Positions 26,292 to 32,338 of a stretch of DNA of 32,338 nucleotides are shown piece by piece. The stretch covers positions 1-32,338 of the forward strand of contig JANRMG010000023.1 in assembly GCA_033761855.1 (NCBI GenBank), written 5' to 3'. Under the pieces are notes generated by a model. That model saw only the letters and a program-made list of their open reading frames with translations, ran no database searches and was not told where the DNA came from. The stretch comes from Candidatus Caenarcanales bacterium. Its GTDB lineage: Bacteria; Cyanobacteriota; Vampirovibrionia; Caenarcaniphilales; Caenarcanaceae. Numbering within the stretch: position 1 is the stretch's first letter; every line of letters begins with the position of its first letter. Both the position numbers and the translations under genes were made by a program.

Positions 26292-26340
26292 GCTCCAGTC
26301 GGCAGATACAAGATCCTGCCTTCTGGAGTTTTTTGTTTTT
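26292..26340 (+). terminator. Rho-independent terminator of the H1-like gene
   Basis: CTCCAG-tc-GGCAG...CTGCC-tt-CTGGAG stem followed by TTTTTTGTTTTT. Confidence 0.7.
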
Positions 26341-26456
26341 AATCCCCTACACCCACCATTAAAAACTAAAGAACAAAAGCTTGGCGCCCCCTTTAATAAA
26401 GGGGGCCGAGAATCCATCTGTGATTTTACAGATTAATTATGTTCGAGGGGGGATTA
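26340..26456. repeat. MITE/REP-like element, copy 1 (about 117 bp)
   Basis: Terminal inverted repeats TAATCCCC...GGGGATTA; internal hairpins CCCCCTTT-AAT-AAAGGGGG and ATCTGTGA-TT-TTACAGAT. Confidence 0.85.
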
Positions 26457-26474
26457 TTCTTCGCTAAAGAGAAA

Positions 26475-26541
26475 AACGTCATACTGAGCTTGTCTCAGGA
26501 TCTAAAAGTGGATGATGCTGAAACAAGTTCAGCATAACGTT
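26475..26541. repeat. Palindromic repeat of the GTCATnCTGAACTTGTTTCAG type
   Basis: 28-bp arms (26475-26502 and 26514-26541) with 5 mismatches. Confidence 0.8.
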
Positions 26542-26547
26542 GGTTGA

Positions 26548-26745
26548 TTATTGTTGTTCGTTTTGGTTTTCTTCAATAGTGTTTTTTGAAAAACCTTCTA
26601 AAACACCCATATAATTTCTAATCTTTTTTGAAGATCTTTGTTTGAACCAACCACAGGAGATCGATTCTCTATATTCCTGACTCAAATTATTCATTTCAAA
26701 TTTATGTTGGAAAAGTGCAAAATCAAATTTTTTTATTGGTTTCAT
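26548..26745 (-). CDS. Small hypothetical protein (65 aa) between the two repeat copies
   Basis: ATG-initiated ORF filling the gap; no recognisable motif. Confidence 0.35.
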   Translation of the reverse strand: MKPIKKFDFALFQHKFEMNNLSQEYRESISCGWFKQRSSKKIRNYMGVLEGFSKNTIEENQNEQQ

Positions 26746-26858
26746 TTAATAGTTAATTTATTTCAATGAATTGATTGTACTATCCAGAGATTAAGCTTCT
26801 ATTGCGCTTTTTCAGGGATTTCCCTGTTTCATCGAAAAACTCTTAAGGTTTTTGTTTT

Positions 26859-26978
26859 GTAATACCCCACACCCAAAATTAAAAGCTAAAGAACAAAAAC
26901 GGTGGCGCCCCCGTTATTAAAGGGGGCCGAGAAACCATCTTTGATTTCACTGATTAGTTTTGTTCGAGGGGGGATTAC
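26859..26978. repeat. MITE/REP-like element, copy 2
   Basis: Aligns along its length with 26340-26456 in the same orientation. Ends GTAATACCCC...GGGGATTAC; internal CCCCCGTT-ATT-AAAGGGGG. Confidence 0.85.
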
Positions 26979-27322
26979 TTCCCTTCACGAAACATTTTTA
27001 CAAAATTCTCAAGCTGATTCATCATCTCCTGAACATCAGATTCGCTTTGAATATAACCTTGCCTTTTCTTTTGATGCTCTGAAAGAGCAATTTGGTAAGC
27101 CGAAAGCGCTTCGATAATTTTAAATTGTTGCTTTAAAAGCTCTGGCGGATGATTTCCACTGGATACATTTTTCGAATACTCATTCACAAAACGGTTGAAC
27201 AACTCTGTGATGTGAGTAGACTCTTCGCCAAGCCACTTAAGATCAACACCGATTGAATCCGCTCCGTCAGCAGGGATCTTAAAAACAAAAGGCTGAGAAA
27301 ATTCCGGCTGAAAATCATTCAT
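26975..27322 (-). CDS. Hypothetical protein (115 aa, helical C-terminus)
   Basis: ATG-initiated ORF divergent from tgt; its stop codon lies in the end of repeat copy 2. Confidence 0.65.
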   Translation of the reverse strand: MNDFQPEFSQPFVFKIPADGADSIGVDLKWLGEESTHITELFNRFVNEYSKNVSSGNHPPELLKQQFKIIEALSAYQIALSEHQKKRQGYIQSESDVQEMMNQLENFVKMFREGK

Positions 27323-27431
27323 AATTAATAAAGTTTTTGCAGGTAATTAAAGAATTAATACTAAGCTTTAATCCTTATTTCAAATATTAACACTCTCAAA
27401 AAACTCATCAAGTTAAGAAATTCTTTTTTTA

Positions 27432-28571
27432 ATGTCTATTGAATTCACTCTCCAAAAAGTTTGTCCGGTTACTGGTGCAAGAGCCGGACTCTTAAAAACC
27501 CAACACGGCATTATTGAAACCCCCGTTTTTATGCCCGTCGCAACCAAAGGTTCAGTCCGTGGCGTTCCCTGGGACACCATTGAAGGCCTTGGAACACAAA
27601 TTGTTTTAGGCAATACCTACCATCTTCACATTCGCCCGGGAGAAAAATTAATTGAAAAAGCCGGAGGACTTCAGGAATGGAGCAAATGGCCGGGGCCCTA
27701 CTTAACCGATTCAGGCGGGTTTCAGGTCTTTAGTTTTGCAAGACGAGGCAAGGCAAAAATTGGAGATACTGGTGTTTCTTTTAAAGACGATCTAGAGGGC
27801 AAAACCCATTTTATGGGGCCCAGCGAATCGATGGAAGTCCAAAAGTCTTTAGGGGCTGATATTGTTATGGCCTTTGACCATTGTCCGCCCGGAAACGCCG
27901 AAAGAGAAGAGGTAACAGTCTCGGTAGAACGCACCACTGAGTGGGCAAAAATCTGCATGGAGCACCAGCTAAAATCCCACCAGTCTTTGTTTTTAATTGT
28001 GCAAGGCGGACGCTTTGAGGATTTACGCAATCGCAGCTTGGATGAGCTGGTGGCCATGGATGCCCTCGGTTACGCTTTGGGCGGGGTGAGCGTAGGCGAG
28101 ACCCGAGAGGAAGTAGACAAAGTGGTTCAAACCATGGCGCAAAGGCTACCCCAAAACAAACCAAGATACCTGATGGGAGTAGGCACACCGCGAGACCTTA
28201 AAGTTGCAATTCCTTCAGGGATTGATATGTTTGATTGTGTTTTACCAACCCGACTTTCCCGCCACGGAAGCTTTTTTGGGCCGAGCGGCAGAGTAGAAAG
28301 CGTAACCCAAAAAGCTTTTACCGAAGATTTTGACAATCCCATTTATCCGGGTTGCCGATGTTCGACTTGCAAACGTTTTAGTCGTGGCTACCTAAAGCAC
28401 TTGTTCATGCGCTCTGAGCTGACGGTTTACCACTATATAAGCATTCATAATTTCCATACTCTTATTCATTTAACCAAGCAAATGAGGCAGGCCATTTTAG
28501 AGGATAGATTACCGGAACTTTTGGTAAAAATAAATTTGCAGGACAAAGAGTACCAAGCCCTTAAAGCTTAA
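27432..28571 (+). CDS. tgt: tRNA-guanine(34) transglycosylase
   Basis: TPVFMPVAT, LGNTYHL, TDSGGFQ, IVQGG, GGVSVGE, PRYLMGVG, DMFDCVLPTR, Zn motif CRCSTC...HN. Confidence 0.97.
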   Translation: MSIEFTLQKVCPVTGARAGLLKTQHGIIETPVFMPVATKGSVRGVPWDTIEGLGTQIVLGNTYHLHIRPGEKLIEKAGGLQEWSKWPGPYLTDSGGFQVFSFARRGKAKIGDTGVSFKDDLEGKTHFMGPSESMEVQKSLGADIVMAFDHCPPGNAEREEVTVSVERTTEWAKICMEHQLKSHQSLFLIVQGGRFEDLRNRSLDELVAMDALGYALGGVSVGETREEVDKVVQTMAQRLPQNKPRYLMGVGTPRDLKVAIPSGIDMFDCVLPTRLSRHGSFFGPSGRVESVTQKAFTEDFDNPIYPGCRCSTCKRFSRGYLKHLFMRSELTVYHYISIHNFHTLIHLTKQMRQAILEDRLPELLVKINLQDKEYQALKA

Positions 28572-28572
28572 A

Positions 28573-28602
28573 GAGGGCGGGTTCAGCATGCTGAACCCCT
28601 AC
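28573..28602. repeat. GTAG-family REP-like hairpin / possible bidirectional terminator between convergent genes
   Basis: Perfect palindrome GGGTTCAGCATGCTGAACCC (28579-28598); the element ends CCCCTAC (GTAGGGG on the minus strand). Confidence 0.7.
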
Positions 28603-28646
28603 AACAATTTGGATACTATTCAGCGTTACCTGGTAGGGGAGGGGGG

Positions 28647-29364
28647 TTATCTAGACCTTCTTCTAATAGGCGGAAACTTGATGCTTGTTTCCAAACGAAT
28701 TATGTGACGGATAAAATCTTCGCGCTGCGGCCGCAAAACATAACTAAGCTGATAACCAGCTTCCAAATTAACATAATCATTAATCCGCCGACCGACACCA
28801 AAATACCAACGATTCTCTGCCAATCCAGCCTGCAGATTATCATTTACCGAATTTAGATTAAAAAAGATTTCATCGGCGAAGGCAACATAGTTTTTGCTTT
28901 TACCAATTGGGTGGGTTAGCTTTACCCGGTTGCGGTTGCGAAGAGCTATTGTAGCCTCATTGTCTATGAAGCGCTCTTCGAGCCTAAATCGAGTATCGAT
29001 TGAAAGATTTTTATATTTGTTATTAAGTCTTATTTGTTGATTCTTGTACGGCATCCTCTCCGAGAGTGGGGAAATAATCGCCTCCGGCCCAAAGAGAAAG
29101 TACCTTATTTGGTTTATAAATTACTGCATTTCTTATCTGGACACGATTAAATGAAGTTATATTATCGACAGCAAAAGGAATAGTTTCTGAATAGAGACTG
29201 AGCTTATCCTCAACGACAGGCAACTCCAAAGCAATTACCGGCCAGAGCTGTGCGTCCTGTTAGGGGTCGCTTGCAGATACAATAAAAGACAGACCAAAAC
29301 AAAAATAAAGGACGAGAAAGACCTTGGTTAACTTAAGTAAGTGAAAAGAATTTGAATAAGCCAT
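28647..29364 (-). pseudogene. DUF2490-like outer-membrane beta-barrel pseudogene
   Basis: ATG 29364 with a signal-peptide-like start, in-frame TAA at 29260-29262 and a frameshift near 29040. Retains RFRLEERF, RNRNR, DEIFFNLN, ENRWYFGVG, LEAGYQ. Confidence 0.75.
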
Positions 29365-29534
29365 AAAGAGAGAAAATCCTACATAAAATTACTTATAAAA
29401 TTGTTTTTCTTTAGAGTCTCTTAATAAATATTTCTATGCCGAAATCGCGATTCTGTAACATTTTGCTAAGCAAAAGTATCACTAAATCAGTACCGCGGTT
29501 TAAACTTTTATAAATTTAGTAACAATAATTCCTA

Positions 29535-30398
29535 ATGCCTAGGAAAATCAAAGACAGTAAAAGACAACTAGTCGAGTTCTTGACTGAGCACTTTTTTGAT
29601 GCTGAGACAAAAGCTCTGAATGCTGTAAAACTTGGCATTGTTTATTTAAATGGCAAACTCGTAAAGAGGCCTGGAATCGAAATTGACGAAGATATTGACC
29701 AAATCAAAGTTGTAGGAGGAGGCAATATTTTTGTTAGTCGTGGCGGTTACAAATTGCAAAAGGCTCTTCAGCTCTACGATATAAACCTTCAAGACAGAAT
29801 CTGCCTGGACATTGGGGCTTCCACTGGTGGGTTTACTGACTGCATGCTTCAATCCGGTGCATCCAAAGTATTTGCCATAGACACCGGCTACGGACAAATT
29901 GACTGGAAACTCAGAACAGATCCTCGAGTCAATTTGGTTGAGCGCATGAATGTAAGATACCTGCTCCCCGAAAGATTGTATGCGAATGTAGAATCAGTTA
30001 ACAAGGCAACCTTCGCCGCCATCGATGTATCTTTTATTTCGGCCATTAAAGTTATTCCTAATGTGCAAGGATTATTGATGGGGCCAGACAAATCTGAGCT
30101 GGTGATTTTAATAAAACCCCAATTCGAAGCTGGCAAGAACCAAGTGGCCAGAGGCGGTTTAATTAAAAACCCTAAGATTCACTTAGAGATTTTATCTGAG
30201 TTCGTAAGCAGCTGTTACCGGGCAGGACTTGAAATTAAAAAAATCACACATTCACCCATCCTTGGTGCGTCGGGGAATTTGGAATTTGTTGCTTATGCAA
30301 CCTGGCCCAAAGCCGGCCCAAAAATAAACTTGCAGTTAAACGACTGGCTGAGCAAGATAATCGATCTTGCTTATACCGAATTGGGATTAAAGAGCTAA
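29535..30398 (+). CDS. tlyA: TlyA family rRNA 2'-O-methyltransferase (S4 + FtsJ-like)
   Basis: FVSRGGYKL, LDIGASTGGFTDC, AIDTGYGQ, IDVSFIS, LIKPQFE, SPILGASGNLEF. Confidence 0.95.
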   Translation: MPRKIKDSKRQLVEFLTEHFFDAETKALNAVKLGIVYLNGKLVKRPGIEIDEDIDQIKVVGGGNIFVSRGGYKLQKALQLYDINLQDRICLDIGASTGGFTDCMLQSGASKVFAIDTGYGQIDWKLRTDPRVNLVERMNVRYLLPERLYANVESVNKATFAAIDVSFISAIKVIPNVQGLLMGPDKSELVILIKPQFEAGKNQVARGGLIKNPKIHLEILSEFVSSCYRAGLEIKKITHSPILGASGNLEFVAYATWPKAGPKINLQLNDWLSKIIDLAYTELGLKS

Positions 30399-30430
30399 AG
30401 TTTGTTGAAGAAAACTTCGAGAGATCGAGA

Positions 30431-31180
30431 ATGCAAATAAGCTTAAACAATATAAGCAAAAAATTAAGCGAGAGCTTTGCCATTGCTGACCTAAACTTGC
30501 TTATAGAGAAAGAGAAGACCACAGTCCTTATCGGCCCGAGCGGCTCGGGGAAATCCACTGTTTTGAGATTGATAATCGGATTGGTAAACCCAGATAAGGG
30601 AGAAATAAAATTTGGAGATCTAAGCTCTAATGAAGAAGTGCTGAGCAAAAACAACTTGCAAAACCTAAGAAGACAAATAGGCTATGTTGCCCAAGGTGGC
30701 GGCCTCTTCCCTCATTTAACGGCAGAAGAAAATATTGTTTTGGCCGCTAAAGAATTTAGGTTTTCAAAAGAATATATTTTTCAAAGGCTTCAAGAGCTGC
30801 TATCACTCACAAATCTTCGCAAAGATTTAATGAGCAATTATCCGCACCAACTCTCTGGAGGACAAATTCAAAGAGTGTCCATCATGAGAGCTTTAATCCT
30901 GGAGCCAAAACTTATTTTATTTGACGAACCCTTAGTCGGACTAGATCCTGGAACTGAGAGCAATTTAAGAGAAGACTTAAAGACGATTTTTGCTAACTTA
31001 AAAAAGACAGTTTTGCTCATTACTCATGATATGAGTGCAGCCGAGTTTTTAGGTGACACAATAATCTTTATGTCCAAAGGACAGATTATAGACAGAAAGA
31101 TTGAGGGTCATCCAAACTGGGATTCACTGATAAATGCTTCTAAAGATGTTGGAAAGAAAGAGACAACAAAAGATGTTTAA
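30431..31180 (+). CDS. Osmoprotectant (glycine betaine/choline-type) ABC transporter ATP-binding protein
   Basis: GPSGSGKS, IGYVAQGGGLFPHLT, LSGGQ, ILFDEP, ITHD; overlaps the downstream binding-protein/permease gene. Confidence 0.9.
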   Translation: MQISLNNISKKLSESFAIADLNLLIEKEKTTVLIGPSGSGKSTVLRLIIGLVNPDKGEIKFGDLSSNEEVLSKNNLQNLRRQIGYVAQGGGLFPHLTAEENIVLAAKEFRFSKEYIFQRLQELLSLTNLRKDLMSNYPHQLSGGQIQRVSIMRALILEPKLILFDEPLVGLDPGTESNLREDLKTIFANLKKTVLLITHDMSAAEFLGDTIIFMSKGQIIDRKIEGHPNWDSLINASKDVGKKETTKDV

Positions 31181-32338
31181 AATCTTTTTTACGATTTGTT
31201 GTTTATTAACATCTTTTTGCTTTAACTTAGAAAGCAAAGCCAAAGCATTGACTGTTGGCTCTAAACCATTCTTAGAATCGAATTTATTGGCTGAAATAAC
31301 CGTTTTAAAATTTCAGGAGAAAGGCTTTAAAATCTCTCACAAAAAAAGCATGGGTGGAACAGCCATCTTGTGGAAAGCCCTCCAAAAAGGCGATTTGGAC
31401 TTTTACCCAGAGTATACAGGCACCATTCAAGAAGTTATACTGGGAAACAATAAGAATTTTGGAAAAAATTTAAGCAATAGAGAAATAAAAAAAGAACTTG
31501 CCAAACTCGGCATCGGAATGACCGCTTCGCTTGGCTTTAACAATTCTTATGGTCTCGCCATGCGCAGAACCAAAGCGGAACAATTGTCGGTTGAACGGAT
31601 TAGCGATTTACAAAAACATTCAGGGCTGCATTATGCCTTTACGCATGAATTCATGAACCGCAAAGACGGTTGGCAAAGACTAAAAGATTTTTATAAATTT
31701 TCACCCCAAAAGCTTCAGAGCATTGAACATACTATTGAACATTCTTTGGCCTTCAAATCGATAGAGTCTGGAAAAACCGATCTGATAGACATAAACACCA
31801 CAGACCCACAAATTAAAAGCCTTGATTTAAAAGTGTTAAAAGACGATAAAGCTTTTTTTCCACAATACGAAGCCGTCTTCCTCTACCGTCTTGATTTGGA
31901 ACCAAATGCCAAAGTGCTTTTAAAGAGTCTTGAAGGGAAGCTAGTGCAAAAGAAAATTATTGAACTCAACACCTTGGCTGAAAAAGACAAAGAGGCCACC
32001 TCCGCCGCCAAAGCCTTTTTAGGATTAGAAAAAACACAAACAAAAAAGGAATTCTTAGGACTGAACAAAGAGCTTCCTCTCTGGTTTATTCAGCATTTAA
32101 TTCTGGTCAGCCTTTCTTTACTTTTGGCTATCATCCTTGGAATCCCTCTTGGCATAATGTCCTACTCAAATAAACTATTAAGCAATTTAATTCTTAATTT
32201 TACAGGAATCATCCAGACCATTCCGTCGCTTGCTCTCTTGGCTTTGCTAGTCCCCGTGATGGGAATTAAATTTGAAACTGCTTTGCTGGCTTTGTTTTTG
32301 TACAGCTTGCTTCCCATTGTAAAAAATACTTTTATCGC
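31173..32338 (+). CDS. Fused substrate-binding + permease subunit of an osmoprotectant ABC transporter, truncated by window end
   Basis: Open from ATG 31173 to the window end (translated by hand): signal peptide, VGSKPFLES, MGGT, YPEYTGT, LGFNNSY, EFMNRKDGW, FFPQY, then QHLILV, GIPLG, IIQTIPSLAL, LYSLLPIVKNT. Not in the ORF track. Confidence 0.92.
   Translation, partial: MFKIFFTICCLLTSFCFNLESKAKALTVGSKPFLESNLLAEITVLKFQEKGFKISHKKSMGGTAILWKALQKGDLDFYPEYTGTIQEVILGNNKNFGKNLSNREIKKELAKLGIGMTASLGFNNSYGLAMRRTKAEQLSVERISDLQKHSGLHYAFTHEFMNRKDGWQRLKDFYKFSPQKLQSIEHTIEHSLAFKSIESGKTDLIDINTTDPQIKSLDLKVLKDDKAFFPQYEAVFLYRLDLEPNAKVLLKSLEGKLVQKKIIELNTLAEKDKEATSAAKAFLGLEKTQTKKEFLGLNKELPLWFIQHLILVSLSLLLAIILGIPLGIMSYSNKLLSNLILNFTGIIQTIPSLALLALLVPVMGIKFETALLALFLYSLLPIVKNTFI

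Noticed and set aside
26340-26978. Repeat pair as a CRISPR array or attC cassette array
   Set aside because: The units are about 117 bp, degenerate and only two are adjacent; there are no regular spacers, no cas or integrase gene and no convincing attC core sites.
12042-30398. Apparent clustering of RNA-modification genes (miaA, sua5, tgt, tlyA)
   Set aside because: Spread over 18 kb in different transcription units; consistent with ordinary scattered housekeeping genes.
29535-30398. TlyA as a haemolysin or virulence factor
   Set aside because: The motifs are those of the widespread rRNA methyltransferase; nothing in the sequence supports a toxin role.
145-32068. Many short ORF-track entries antisense to or inside recognised genes (for example 1201-1632, 15157-15513, 24605-25039, 25816-26226, 27722-28057, 30244-30654)
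   Set aside because: Shadow ORFs of well-supported genes with no motifs of their own.

Overview
A 32.3-kb AT-rich bacterial chromosomal segment. It most plausibly comes from a non-photosynthetic relative of Cyanobacteria (Vampirovibrionia/Melainabacteria). This is an inference from a cyanobacterial-type stand-alone gyrA, a small DprA/SLOG protein and an NrnC-type exonuclease occurring together with a flagellar FliE homolog and no visible HIP1 enrichment. Housekeeping genes are gyrA, glpK, an NrnC/RNase D-like gene, purine nucleoside phosphorylase, miaA, rnhB, proB, exbB/exbD-like, sua5, yggS, tgt, tlyA and an osmoprotectant ABC transporter. Odd lineage-specific genes sit between them: (i) a 721-aa protein with a membrane-insertion-like region and a J-domain-like HPD motif, whose stop codon lies inside a perfect 20-bp-arm hairpin where a +1 shift would fuse it to the next ORF; (ii) an intact but heavily re-wired PEP-carboxylase homolog; (iii) an orphan FliE with a (Pro-x-x)11 N-terminus; (iv) a PPxY/polyproline protein; (v) a non-RD Ser/Thr kinase; (vi) a histone-H1-like protein. 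The 25.1-28.7 kb region holds several REP/MITE-like palindromic elements, followed by a DUF2490-like pseudogene. No rRNA, tRNA, CRISPR array or transposase was recognised. All calls come from motif recognition by eye; no searches were run.
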